Notes under the pieces: model-generated | Told to the model about the DNA's origin: nothing | The model's database searches: none | Seen by the model: the letters and a program-made list of their open reading frames with translations, nothing else | Assembly (NCBI GenBank): GCA_028714495.1 | Contig: JAQTMH010000004.1 | Span: 128,232 to 192,231, forward strand | Source of the DNA: Patescibacteria group bacterium | GTDB lineage: Bacteria; Patescibacteriota; Patescibacteriia; JAHIZJ01 | Direction of reading: 5' to 3' | DNA length: 64,000 nt | Position numbers and translations under genes: made by a program | Shown here: one piece after another, positions 46,010 to 56,367 of the stretch | How positions within the stretch are numbered: the stretch's first letter is position 1 | Layout: every line of letters starts with the position of its first letter

Positions 46010-46567
46010 TTAGAATTTTACTTCCGGCGCTTTCTTCTCAGCCTCATTTTCAATTTCGAAGAATTCACGCTTGCCGAAACCCAGCATTCCGGCAACCAGA
46101 TTATTCGGGAAAACCTGGATCTTGATGTTGAAGTCGCGGACATTGCCGTTGTAGAAGCGGCGGGCCGCCTGAATTTTATTCTCGGTGTCAGAGAGTTCGT
46201 CTTGCAGTTTGGCGAAATTGGCCGAGGCTTTCAGATCAGGATAATTTTCAGCTACGGCAAAAAGTGATTTCAAGGCGCCTGAAAGCATGTTTTCAGCCTG
46301 AGCTTTTTCACCCGGCTTTTGCGCGCCCATGGCCCGGGACCGGGCTTCGGTTACGTTTTCAAAAACCGATTTTTCATGCGAGGCGTAGCCCCTGACTGTT
46401 TCAACTAGATTGGGGATCAGATCATACCGACGTTTGAGCTGAACATCAATGTCAGACCAAGCTTCATTAGTTTGATTTTTCAAACGGATCAGCCCATTGT
46501 AGACCGCGATGAACCAAAAAAACACTATGGCTACAATTGCGATAATTACCCAGAGATAAATTGGCAT
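46010..46567 (-). CDS. lemA: LemA family protein
   Basis: AWSDIDVQLKRRYDLIPNLVE, AENYPDLKA, ARRFYN. Confidence 0.96.
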   Translation of the reverse strand: MPIYLWVIIAIVAIVFFWFIAVYNGLIRLKNQTNEAWSDIDVQLKRRYDLIPNLVETVRGYASHEKSVFENVTEARSRAMGAQKPGEKAQAENMLSGALKSLFAVAENYPDLKASANFAKLQDELSDTENKIQAARRFYNGNVRDFNIKIQVFPNNLVAGMLGFGKREFFEIENEAEKKAPEVKF

Positions 46568-46694
46568 AATTTTTTACGTTAATTGATTTGACTTAGACTT
46601 AATATTATGTTAAAATATACAATGATTGGCAATATTTCAAATAAATTATATAATTATTAAAGATTACTGTCAAAGGCCGATAAAAGAGACAATA

Positions 46695-49600
46695 ATGAAA
46701 CATGCTGTCAGAACAATAAAAAAGATATTTTGCATCAAGGCATTGTTTATTATTATTGGTTTGGCTTCCGTTATAGTAATAATCAGCGTTATTCCGGGGA
46801 AAGAAGCATCAGCAAGGCCAATTTGCATGCAGACCGATGAGGGGGAAAAATCAATTGATTCTTATAGTCCTGAAGAAGGGATGGTTGGACAGACAATTAC
46901 GATAGTCACTTACGGCTGCTATCTGGATTACGAAAACAATACGGAATTAATTTTGAGAAACCAAAATGACCACAACCTAATGATAAATGGTGTGATTACG
47001 GGCCAAGCGCCACGTCCGGACTTAGGTGCTGGTTATTGGGAAGCAACGGCAGAGTTTGATTTAGCTGGTGCCCAGTCGGGTTACTATGATTACTTGGTTC
47101 ATTGGACTCCGAATAGTCCTCCAGCTGGCAGTTATTGGCATGAATCACTAGCTGGTAATCCGTTTAATGCCTTTACTTCAGCAATAGTCGGCTGGGGCTG
47201 GTTCGGAGCTTCGACCGGAGTTCCGGCCATGGCCTCGCCTGGCTGGGAAAGCCTTAGTTGTTTGAATAGCTATGAAGGACACGAGAGTGGTACATGTGCT
47301 GATGTCGGCGGTATTGATTATGGGGTAGGCCTGACCCAGGGCGCCGGTACTTATCCTCTCGTCGGTCAAGGCTGGCTGGGGGAATACACAGACAATGATA
47401 CAAATCAAGCAAATAATGCTCCCACTGGCTGGGTCACATACAATCCCGCGGAAAGCAGCTGGCCTTCCTCGGTAGACGTACCCGGAACTGTTGATGGCCC
47501 GGTAATGTACCACAGCGACACGGGAATAATAGAGGGCTGGGGCAGGATAAATACCTTGAAACAATATGGTCAGACCCAAGCCTGCGCGACTGAGCTCTAC
47601 CGCAGTTGGGCTGAAACCAGATTTAATCCATTGGTTGTTAATTCAACCAATGTAAAGATGGCCCAAACCAGCGATGGTGTTTTGCATGTTGTCTGGAAAA
47701 ATAACGTTGCGAGTAAAATTTATTATCGGCAATTTAGGAACGGTATTTGGACCAGTCCAATGGTGCTGTCCGACATAGCCAGAACCAGTAATAACGACAA
47801 GACAGACATTTCGATTGATGGTAATGATACGATCCACGTTACCTATACTTATAATTTTAATCAGAAAATCCATCATATCGCTTGTGAATACAGCGAATCA
47901 AGCCAGTGCTGGTGGAACAGCAACAACTGGTGGATTAATAATGATTTTTCTACAGCTATTCCGGAAAATGACCCAACTAAAAATAAATTGAATCAGTCGA
48001 TCGTTTCGGACAATAACCGACTTTACTTATTTTATGAGGGCACCACGGACATTTTAACCCCAGGTTTTGAGGGTATTTATTATTCAAGATCAAGCGATAA
48101 ATATGGCAATGGTTGGAGTGACCCAGTGAAGCTTTCCCAGAATGATGCTCATACTCCAGACTCGGTAATTGATTATAAAAGAAACCTATATGTTGTTTGG
48201 AAAGAGGGTAACAATATTATATACCGTAAGGGTGTTGCGGGAGATCCAGTAGATTGGGAAGACGTTGCCCAAATTTCAGAGGAGGGTACGACTAACAGCA
48301 ATCCTCAGATAGCGGTTGGTCCAGGCGATCCGACCGGATCATATCCGCATATAGTTTATAGCACAAATCGTGCTGGCAGCAGTGAGATATACTATCGTTA
48401 TTTTTCGCAGACAGGCGGCTGGAGTACCGAGGAAAACTTAACAGAAACAGCGGCGCCAAATGACGAATCCGAGCCGTCAATCGCCATTGGCAATGATTAT
48501 CGTGTTCATGTGGTTTATCGTCTTTATAATGGCATCACTAATGATATCCGCCACCGGGAGACGATAGATAATAAGATCTGGTCTACTGTGACCGATATCA
48601 CGAATGATGCCGGGCTATCAACACATATCAAGCCGGTAGCACTGGCTGATTCTAATAACCACGTGCGGGTGATCTCGGAAAGCAACCGCGGTTTGACAAT
48701 TACTAATTCGTCAGATTTACTGTGCGCCAATCCCGGCAGTTGGGGCAATGACTGGGGCTGGATTAGTATGCGCGGCGGTCTCGGAGGCTATGACACGCCT
48801 GAGGATCTGGCTGATTCTCTGGGCCCAATGGCTAGTTGCTTTGGTGATGGAGAAACCGGCGGATGCGATCAAGCGACTCTCAGCTGCAAGGTATGCGAGG
48901 TTGATGAAGATTTCTATACCAGCCCAGATGATAATAATCCTCCACTCTATGCCTGCAATACCTGTACTAAGTGCGGTTTTTGCCGAAACGATCCAACCAA
49001 GTATTGCTCACCAGCCACTGCTGATGCTGACTGCGGCATAGCGGGCGCCGTTTGCCAGTCAAAGAAAGCCTGTCGCCGGAGCGGTACAGACTGTTCAAAC
49101 GGGGAATCCTGCGAGGTGATGCTATCTGGTCCGGATAATACCTGCAACGCGGTTTGCGAGCAGTGCGCGACCTGCAATCTCTGGGGAGTTTCTGCGGTGG
49201 GTGAAATTGGCACCAGCAGCAGCAAATTAATATTTCATGGCTTTGGCTGGTCAGCCGGCGGAATGGTAGCCGTAGATCCGTCTTATCCTCCTGGGACGTA
49301 TGATTCAGGCAAGCTAGAGATTGAAAGCGATATATCGGATAGTTGTCCGAACCCGAATAATTGCGAATGTACTAACCGAGCCCAATGCGTTAGCTGGGGC
49401 TGGCTGGTTGAAGATCCGCCCCCGCCCGCGCTACCTCATTCGCCAAGCACCGGTTACTGCATAAGGTCCGAAACGATGGGTGTGGCGGGAATAAGCGGCT
49501 GGGGGGTTTGCCGGGTTCAAAACTCGTTGCCCAATCTGATAGATTTCAACAAACGGTTGCCAATCACCGAGGAAGGAAATTATTATCTGACCATGTCAGC

Positions 49601-50816
49601 GATCTATGACAGCTCAGCTGACGAACAAATAAAAATATATTTGCCTGGCGGACGAATTCTAAATGCGGTTGATTTAAGTAATCCGGTGACGCCGCAAATA
49701 ATATCCTGCACCTTTTCAGAACAGGTACATTTGAAGCCGAGCGATAAAATTCATCTGGAGACAATCGACAATGGTACGGTCGAAATGGACTACCTCCGGG
49801 TGACCAGCTTGCCAGTCGAGCCGATCGAATGCGAAACCGGCGGACCTTTAACCACGGCTTACAGCAATGAAGTCGGTTTCGGATTTGTAGATTTCAGCAA
49901 TGTGACCGGCATCAATCCCTGGGTTAAGGCAACGGGCGATGTTTATTCCAAAGGGGGGATAAGCGGAGGCAAGGCGCCGGGAGAAGCGTACAATGTTGTT
50001 TATATAGTTGAAACTTCTCGTGAAACAGGCGGCACAATTGAATGGAACGCGAACCCGCTGTATACCAGAGAACAGCAAGGCACGGACATTTCATTGCCCA
50101 CGCCTCAGTCGGGATATAAGAATATTCTGGGTAGATTTGATTATGAAGGAGCCACCAAAGCTCAAAACAACGAATACGCAAGTCGGGTGATTGAGATACC
50201 CGGACTAGCGACAGATTCTTGCTCAGATGGCAGTATTAACTGGAGTGAAATTGACGAATTAATATCACAAAGGTGCGAGGAGGAAAACGACTGTCTTCTT
50301 GACAGAACGATTATTCATATCGGTACTAGTACTAAGTATTGCAGCCTAACCATTGATGAACCCATTACATTCATAAATGGTTCAACTGATCAAAACGGTA
50401 GCGGCACAATAATTGTTGAAGGCGACTTAATAATAAACGAAGATATCGTGTATGATCCAGATACTGACGTCGGCGTGATAACTGAGTTGGCTTCAGTAGC
50501 CTGGGTAGTGAAGGGCGATGTAAAAATAGACGGAACCGTGGGAAATGTGGCTGGGACATATTTGACCATCGGTTGTATGGGCGCTCAGTGCCCAGGCGGA
50601 GGACATGATGGTACATTTGATACTGGCACCAGCGACAGCCAATTGACAACCAAGGGCATTGTTCTGGCTAAGAAGTTTAATTTGCTGCGCACCTATGCCA
50701 GCGCCAGTGAACCGTCTGAATATTTCTGGAATGATGGCCGATTGCAGGCTAATCCGCCGCCGTCTATGGTTGATGCTTCGAAGATTATCCCCACGATTAT
50801 CACGGTAAAACCATAG
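46695..50816 (+). CDS. Giant secreted Cys/Trp-rich surface protein with beta-propeller-like repeats and a PilX-like C-terminal region
   Basis: Signal peptide from ATG 46695; GWGW/GWIS/GFGWS motifs; repeated HVVW/HIVY...W blades; dense Cys block; GTIIVEGDLII...GIVLAKKF...DGRL end. Confidence 0.75.
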   Translation: MKHAVRTIKKIFCIKALFIIIGLASVIVIISVIPGKEASARPICMQTDEGEKSIDSYSPEEGMVGQTITIVTYGCYLDYENNTELILRNQNDHNLMINGVITGQAPRPDLGAGYWEATAEFDLAGAQSGYYDYLVHWTPNSPPAGSYWHESLAGNPFNAFTSAIVGWGWFGASTGVPAMASPGWESLSCLNSYEGHESGTCADVGGIDYGVGLTQGAGTYPLVGQGWLGEYTDNDTNQANNAPTGWVTYNPAESSWPSSVDVPGTVDGPVMYHSDTGIIEGWGRINTLKQYGQTQACATELYRSWAETRFNPLVVNSTNVKMAQTSDGVLHVVWKNNVASKIYYRQFRNGIWTSPMVLSDIARTSNNDKTDISIDGNDTIHVTYTYNFNQKIHHIACEYSESSQCWWNSNNWWINNDFSTAIPENDPTKNKLNQSIVSDNNRLYLFYEGTTDILTPGFEGIYYSRSSDKYGNGWSDPVKLSQNDAHTPDSVIDYKRNLYVVWKEGNNIIYRKGVAGDPVDWEDVAQISEEGTTNSNPQIAVGPGDPTGSYPHIVYSTNRAGSSEIYYRYFSQTGGWSTEENLTETAAPNDESEPSIAIGNDYRVHVVYRLYNGITNDIRHRETIDNKIWSTVTDITNDAGLSTHIKPVALADSNNHVRVISESNRGLTITNSSDLLCANPGSWGNDWGWISMRGGLGGYDTPEDLADSLGPMASCFGDGETGGCDQATLSCKVCEVDEDFYTSPDDNNPPLYACNTCTKCGFCRNDPTKYCSPATADADCGIAGAVCQSKKACRRSGTDCSNGESCEVMLSGPDNTCNAVCEQCATCNLWGVSAVGEIGTSSSKLIFHGFGWSAGGMVAVDPSYPPGTYDSGKLEIESDISDSCPNPNNCECTNRAQCVSWGWLVEDPPPPALPHSPSTGYCIRSETMGVAGISGWGVCRVQNSLPNLIDFNKRLPITEEGNYYLTMSAIYDSSADEQIKIYLPGGRILNAVDLSNPVTPQIISCTFSEQVHLKPSDKIHLETIDNGTVEMDYLRVTSLPVEPIECETGGPLTTAYSNEVGFGFVDFSNVTGINPWVKATGDVYSKGGISGGKAPGEAYNVVYIVETSRETGGTIEWNANPLYTREQQGTDISLPTPQSGYKNILGRFDYEGATKAQNNEYASRVIEIPGLATDSCSDGSINWSEIDELISQRCEEENDCLLDRTIIHIGTSTKYCSLTIDEPITFINGSTDQNGSGTIIVEGDLIINEDIVYDPDTDVGVITELASVAWVVKGDVKIDGTVGNVAGTYLTIGCMGAQCPGGGHDGTFDTGTSDSQLTTKGIVLAKKFNLLRTYASASEPSEYFWNDGRLQANPPPSMVDASKIIPTIITVKP

Positions 50817-50948
50817 TATTTCATATATCTGGTATCCTAAACATTGAAAAGAGCGCTGATTTCAGACACTCTTTTATTGAATCTTGCAATATTCGCTGAT
50901 TTGTGCTATACTTAATACATCAATAAATCATAATAGAAACAATAGATC

Positions 50949-52070
50949 ATGGGTTTGTTTTCAAAGAAAGAGGGTTATATCGGCATTGATTTGGGTACAT
51001 CCGGTATTAAAGTTGTTGAATTGAGCAATGACGACGGAAAACGAAAACTGGTGACTTATGGTTATACCGAACAGCCCATAAACGTGGTTAAAAGTGATTC
51101 CCAGGAAACTCAGGAGAAGGCCGTAAAGATCATCAAAGAAATATGCAAAAAGGCCAAAGTCAGTTCAAACAGGGTAATTTCAGCTCTGCCGAGTTTCACC
51201 GTTTTTAGCGCGATAATAAACCTACCAAATATGTCCCGGAAAGAATTAACGTCAGCTGTCCGCTGGGAGGCGAAAAAATTCGTGCCAATGCCGATTGAGG
51301 AGATGATATTGGACTGGAAGGTGTTATCAGAGGAAGGAAAACCTAATTCCACTGAGGCTGAACCAAAGGTATCGAGTGGCGCTACCCAAGGCGAGGAGAA
51401 AAAAGGGAAAAATATAAACATTCTCCTGACGGCCGCGCCTCGCAATCTGGTCCAGCGTTATTTAAACATTTTTAAGGCGCTCAATCTCAAATTAGTCGGA
51501 CTCGAAACCGAGGCTTTCGCTCTGGAGCGCTCGCTCATCGGACACGACAAGTCCGCCATCATGATTGTGGATATCGGCGGCTTAAACACGAATGTATCGG
51601 TGATCAGGGAAAGCATCCCGCTTTTGAATCGGAGTATTGACGTAGGCGGGGAGACGATTACCCGGACGATCGCCAACGGCTTAAATGTCGATTTGAATCG
51701 AGCCGAGCAATTCAAGAGAGATTTTGGCATGACCAGCAGTGATGAAGGCGGCCAGCAGCAGATTCCCAAGACGATTGAATTCGTAGTTAGCTCGATAATC
51801 AACGAGATAAAATACTGTTTCAATCTCTATCAGAACCAATCACTCGGCCAAACATCGACCAACCGGGCGATTGAAAAGGTTATTTTGACCGGGGGTTCAG
51901 CCATGTTGCCCGCCCTGACAGAGTATCTATCGAAAGTTTTAAATATGCGCGTTTACATAGGCGATCCCTGGTCCAGAGTTTCCTACCCGGAAGAGCTTAA
52001 ACCAGTACTTCAAGAATTGGGCCCGAGATTTTCCGTAGCTATCGGTTTAGCGATGAGAGAAATTTATTAA
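50949..52070 (+). CDS. pilM: Type IV pilus assembly protein PilM
   Basis: IGIDLGTSGIKVVEL, VDIGG, ILTGGSA, AIGLAMR. Confidence 0.93.
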   Translation: MGLFSKKEGYIGIDLGTSGIKVVELSNDDGKRKLVTYGYTEQPINVVKSDSQETQEKAVKIIKEICKKAKVSSNRVISALPSFTVFSAIINLPNMSRKELTSAVRWEAKKFVPMPIEEMILDWKVLSEEGKPNSTEAEPKVSSGATQGEEKKGKNINILLTAAPRNLVQRYLNIFKALNLKLVGLETEAFALERSLIGHDKSAIMIVDIGGLNTNVSVIRESIPLLNRSIDVGGETITRTIANGLNVDLNRAEQFKRDFGMTSSDEGGQQQIPKTIEFVVSSIINEIKYCFNLYQNQSLGQTSTNRAIEKVILTGGSAMLPALTEYLSKVLNMRVYIGDPWSRVSYPEELKPVLQELGPRFSVAIGLAMREIY

Positions 52071-52078
52071 AAAAAGAG

Positions 52079-53110
52079 ATGCCCGAAATCAATCTTTTGC
52101 AAGATACAACCAGCGAGGACAAAAAAAAGAAGTCGCAAGAGGCTCCGAAAGTTGAATATACCCAGCCGTCAGCTGAGCCGAAAGATAAATCGTCTGAGCC
52201 AAAGCTGAAACGCGGGCCAACTTTTGGCTTTTTGGGAAAGTTATTTTCAAAGAAACCGAAGCCGGAGCCAGTTCAGCCGAGCCCATCAAAAAACCTTACG
52301 CCAGAGGATGTCTCAATACCGAAACAGCCGATATCTCCTCCCGTCCAGCCGGAAACGCCTGAACCACAACCAGACATATGGAAGGCAAATCGGGCAAAAA
52401 AAGAGGTAAATAGCCGCGTGCTTGAGGAACGAGTTTTAAAAAAGGCTAAACCCGCAAAACCGGTCAAAGAACCGATAGCCCCAGGGGTGCCATCCCAGTC
52501 ATTCCTGGACGTAAATTTAATGCCGGATGATCTGATTCAAAGTCTTGAGCCGAAAAGGAAGCTGATCACATACGGCATTGTAACGATAGCCTCGGTGGCG
52601 CTGATTGTTCTCGGCTATTTCGGCCTGAGTTATTATGAGAAGAGTATCTACCGTAAGGTTGAAGACGTCTCAAAAAATATTCAGCAGGTTGAGGATTCAA
52701 TCAAGAATCTGCGGGATAAGCAAAAATCCGCTATTTTGCTAAAGGCGCAGACTGACGAGGTAAAAGATATACTGGACAACCATGTTCATTGGAGCAACTT
52801 TTTCGAAATGTTGGAACGCTTCACGCTTTCTGAAGTAGTCTACGAGAGATTCGCTGGTACATTTAGTAGGGGCACGAATTCGACCTTCTCTCTGTCGGCT
52901 CGCGGGGCAAATTTTCAGTCAATCTCTCGTCAGATTATGGCCTTTCGCGAAGAGGCTAAGGGTTTTATCACCAACGTAGAGGCTAATACCGGCGAGTGGG
53001 TCACCACGGATGAGGATAGCGGCCAAGGCTACGTATCATTTACCATGCTTATAACGGTTTCAGAGGACGTCTTTTATAAGCAGCTGGCGGTAACTAAGGA
53101 GGGCGAATAA
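52079..53110 (+). CDS. PilN-like protein with Pro/Lys-rich N-terminal extension
   Basis: EINLL and VNLMP PilM-binding-like motifs, TM, coiled coil; follows pilM. Confidence 0.7.
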   Translation: MPEINLLQDTTSEDKKKKSQEAPKVEYTQPSAEPKDKSSEPKLKRGPTFGFLGKLFSKKPKPEPVQPSPSKNLTPEDVSIPKQPISPPVQPETPEPQPDIWKANRAKKEVNSRVLEERVLKKAKPAKPVKEPIAPGVPSQSFLDVNLMPDDLIQSLEPKRKLITYGIVTIASVALIVLGYFGLSYYEKSIYRKVEDVSKNIQQVEDSIKNLRDKQKSAILLKAQTDEVKDILDNHVHWSNFFEMLERFTLSEVVYERFAGTFSRGTNSTFSLSARGANFQSISRQIMAFREEAKGFITNVEANTGEWVTTDEDSGQGYVSFTMLITVSEDVFYKQLAVTKEGE

Positions 53111-53111
53111 T

Positions 53112-53795
53112 ATGGCTATTGGAAGTCAGCTTCGAAAAACTTTTCTCTACCTAGTCTTCAAAAATCATAAGGCTATCTCAGTGCTGCTGGTCGTGATTGT
53201 TTTTGGAGTGGGAGGATTTAGCTTTCTTTATCCTAAATACCAGAGCATTCAAAATCAGGGGCTTTTGGATTTTGGCAATAAACAAAAGCAATTAGATGAA
53301 CGCCAAACCTATTTAGCCAAGCTCGAGAAAATGGTCGAGACATTTGACAGCATAAACAGCAAAGACGTCGAGGCATTAAAGGAACTCCTACCCTCAAGCC
53401 AGGAAATCCCAGAACTATTTGTGATGGTTGATCAATTTGGTCAGGATTTAGGACTGAAGGTTACCCGGATCGCTATAACTGACCAAGGCAGCGCGGTCTC
53501 ATCAGGCAGCGAGACGGCCGCGGAGACCACTGAAAAAAAATCCATACTCCAGTCAATCGCTGCCACGGCGAATCCAAACGAACAAGTAGGCATAACGGAA
53601 TCAGTGAAACCCGCAGTCATTGGCTCGCTCGGCTTAGTTATCGGTTTAGAGACAAAAGATATCAGCTATTCGAAGTACAAGGAACTGCTCAAGGCGATAG
53701 AAGAAAATATTAGGATTTTTGATTTAAACTCCGTAGATTATGATCCCGGTACTGACTCGCTTACGCTGAACATCACTACCTATTATCTCATTTAA
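53112..53795 (+). CDS. PilO-like protein
   Basis: TM, coiled coil, LLPSSQEIPEL, IEENIRIFDL; position in operon. Confidence 0.75.
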   Translation: MAIGSQLRKTFLYLVFKNHKAISVLLVVIVFGVGGFSFLYPKYQSIQNQGLLDFGNKQKQLDERQTYLAKLEKMVETFDSINSKDVEALKELLPSSQEIPELFVMVDQFGQDLGLKVTRIAITDQGSAVSSGSETAAETTEKKSILQSIAATANPNEQVGITESVKPAVIGSLGLVIGLETKDISYSKYKELLKAIEENIRIFDLNSVDYDPGTDSLTLNITTYYLI

Positions 53796-53803
53796 TTTAA
53801 TAT

Positions 53804-54112
53804 ATGGCCCTTGTCCAAAAACGAATCAGTTCAAAACGCCTTACTTATTTAGTTGTTTTGCTCATCCTATTTTTCATATTATGCCTGTTTTTTCTTTTTA
53901 AAGATAAAATCATAAAACCAGGGCCGTCAGAAGGCGGCCCGGTTAATGAAACAGGCGACGTGATCCAGCACGATTTGCCGATATATTCAAATCTAGGCCA
54001 GGATGTTTTGCAGGATTCCCGTTTAGAGGAGCTCAAGCTTCACGGCAAGTTTCCGATTACACCAGGAACTTTGGGCCGGTCGAATCCTTTTGTTGAAGCC
54101 GAAGAGGAATAA
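53804..54112 (+). CDS. Small membrane-anchored protein (PilP-like position)
   Basis: TM plus GRSNPF motif. Confidence 0.6.
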   Translation: MALVQKRISSKRLTYLVVLLILFFILCLFFLFKDKIIKPGPSEGGPVNETGDVIQHDLPIYSNLGQDVLQDSRLEELKLHGKFPITPGTLGRSNPFVEAEEE

Positions 54113-54163
54113 GCGACAGAGTAGTTCGAGCGTCAAAAATAAAATTAAATATATATTTCCTTC

Positions 54164-55921
54164 ATGGAAACTGCTAAAATACCTAATCCTGCGTCGGGCG
54201 TAAACCTTTTGGATTATTTGGTCAAGCAAAAACTGGCCACGTCCGAGCAAATTGAACTCTGGAAAAAAGAAGCTTGGGTGAGAGGCAAGTCGGTTATTGA
54301 GTTTATCGAAGAGAGTAAGGAAATAAAAGACGAGGATCTGGTAGTAGCCAAAAGCAAGGCCTATAATATTCCAACTATCGAACTTTTTGGTCGGATTGTC
54401 GGTCTTGACGTCCTCCGGATTATTCCAGAAGAGATCGCCACAAACTATAAAATCATTTGCTTCGCCCAAGACGGGAAAGTTTGTAGCATTGGCCTGGTTG
54501 ACCCAGGAAACTATAAAGCGATTGAGGCGGTTGAGTTTATCGCCCGCAAGAATGGTTACCAGATAAAATACTATGCCATCAGCCTGTCTGCCTATAAATA
54601 TATCCTGCGGCAATATCAGAGTTTATCTAGCGAAGTTGAGCAAGCCCTTAAGGGCGCGCCAGCCGGCGAAGAGGTGGTGTCAAAGGTTGAGATTGCGGAA
54701 AAGGGATTTGAAGAGGTGGTTCGGTCCGCGCCAGTGGCAAAAATGGTTAATGTAATATTGGAACACGCAGTCGAGGGAAAAGCCTCGGATGTTCATATCG
54801 AACCCTTGGCCGAGGAAACCAGAGTGCGTTATCGGATCGACGGAATTCTGCACACCTCTTTGATTTTACCAAAAGCTGTCCACTCCTCGATTATCGCTAG
54901 AGTCAAAGTGCTATCCAATCTGAAAATCGATGAGACACGAGTGCCACAGGATGGCCGTTTCCGGAAAAAGTTCGAATCAGGCGATGTCGATTTTCGTGTT
55001 TCTACTCTGCCAGTCGTTGACAATGAAAAGGTGGTGATGAGAATTCTGGATACCTCCTCAAACGTTTTAGATCTTGAAAGACTGGGTTTTTGGGGCAAGA
55101 GCTCGAGGGTAATGAAGGATAACATCGACAAACCCCACGGTATGTTTCTCATAACCGGTCCGACTGGATCCGGCAAATCAACTACTCTGTACGCCCTGAT
55201 CCATCTGCTCAATAAAGAGGCGGTCAATATTGTAACGTTGGAGGATCCGGTTGAATACTACCAAAAAGGCGTAAATCAGTCGCAGGTCAATCCGGAGGTC
55301 GGACTGACCTTTGCCCGCGGCTTGCGTTCCATTCTGCGCCAGGACCCGGATATCATAATGGTTGGTGAAATTCGTGACGCAGAAACCGCTGAATTGGCGG
55401 TTCACGCCAGTTTAACCGGCCATATCGTTTTATCGACTCTGCATACCAATGATGCTTTTGGTGCCGTGCCGCGCTTGATTGATATGAAAATTGAACCTTT
55501 CCTGCTTACCTCTTCGCTGAATCTAGTCATGGCCCAACGTCTGGTGCGCAAACTCTGTGATCACTGCAAAGAGGAAATAATCTTACCGAAACGATACGAA
55601 GACGATGTCTGGCGCTCGCTTTCGACTTTGCCTAAGGAAGCATTGCCCAAGGACTTAAAACTCGTTCGGCCGCTTCGCTTCCACCGCGGCAAGGGCTGCG
55701 TCCGCTGTGAAAACACCGGTTACAAGGGACGAATTTCGATTGCCGAGGTTTTGGAAATCACCGAGGAATTGAAAAAGATCATCCTGGCTGGTTGCGAACT
55801 GGATAAAATCAAGGCGGAATTTAACAAGCAGGGCATGCACTCAATGATTCAAGACGGCTATATCAAATCGCTTCAGGGCAAGACTACGGTGGAGGAAGTG
55901 ATAAAAGTTACTAAGGAATAA
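54164..55921 (+). CDS. pilB: Type IV pilus extension ATPase PilB/GspE
   Basis: ASDVHIEP, GPTGSGKST, EDPVE, LRQDPDIIMVGEIRD, TGHIVLSTLHTN, tetracysteine motif. Confidence 0.93.
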   Translation: METAKIPNPASGVNLLDYLVKQKLATSEQIELWKKEAWVRGKSVIEFIEESKEIKDEDLVVAKSKAYNIPTIELFGRIVGLDVLRIIPEEIATNYKIICFAQDGKVCSIGLVDPGNYKAIEAVEFIARKNGYQIKYYAISLSAYKYILRQYQSLSSEVEQALKGAPAGEEVVSKVEIAEKGFEEVVRSAPVAKMVNVILEHAVEGKASDVHIEPLAEETRVRYRIDGILHTSLILPKAVHSSIIARVKVLSNLKIDETRVPQDGRFRKKFESGDVDFRVSTLPVVDNEKVVMRILDTSSNVLDLERLGFWGKSSRVMKDNIDKPHGMFLITGPTGSGKSTTLYALIHLLNKEAVNIVTLEDPVEYYQKGVNQSQVNPEVGLTFARGLRSILRQDPDIIMVGEIRDAETAELAVHASLTGHIVLSTLHTNDAFGAVPRLIDMKIEPFLLTSSLNLVMAQRLVRKLCDHCKEEIILPKRYEDDVWRSLSTLPKEALPKDLKLVRPLRFHRGKGCVRCENTGYKGRISIAEVLEITEELKKIILAGCELDKIKAEFNKQGMHSMIQDGYIKSLQGKTTVEEVIKVTKE

Positions 55922-55929
55922 AAATCCCA

Positions 55930-56358
55930 ATGGTTCGAGCGATTAAAACCAAGAAGAAAACTACAGTTTCTGCAAAATCGCGGAAAAAGAGAATTCTTCT
56001 GATTGAGGATGATTCATTCCTTTCCGGCATGTACATTGCCAAACTAACGCTAGAAAATTTTGAGGTTTTATTGGCATCAGACGGTCAGGAGGGGATTGAG
56101 CTGGCCAAGAAGAGTAAGCCCGATTTAATATTGCTCGATTTGCTTCTGCCTAAGGTTGACGGCTATACGGTTTTAAAAACCATAAAGAAAAACCGAGCCC
56201 TTGCTTCAATCCCGGTAATTTTGCTCACCAATTTAACGCAGAAAGAAAATATCGAAAAGGCCATGAAATACCAGGTCGAAGATTACCTGATCAAAGCGCA
56301 TTTTATGCCGTCAGAGGTGATTGAAAAAGTGAAGAGAATATTGCGCCAGCGTCGTTAA
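55930..56358 (+). CDS. Single-domain response regulator (receiver)
   Basis: ILLIEDD, PDLILLDLLLPKVDG, IPVILLTN, DYLIK. Confidence 0.92.
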   Translation: MVRAIKTKKKTTVSAKSRKKRILLIEDDSFLSGMYIAKLTLENFEVLLASDGQEGIELAKKSKPDLILLDLLLPKVDGYTVLKTIKKNRALASIPVILLTNLTQKENIEKAMKYQVEDYLIKAHFMPSEVIEKVKRILRQRR

Positions 56359-56367
56359 TTTTTTTAC

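Noticed and set aside
54023-54613. Long antisense ORFs (also 17334-17924 and others)
   Set aside because: They shadow better-supported genes on the opposite strand and show no motifs.
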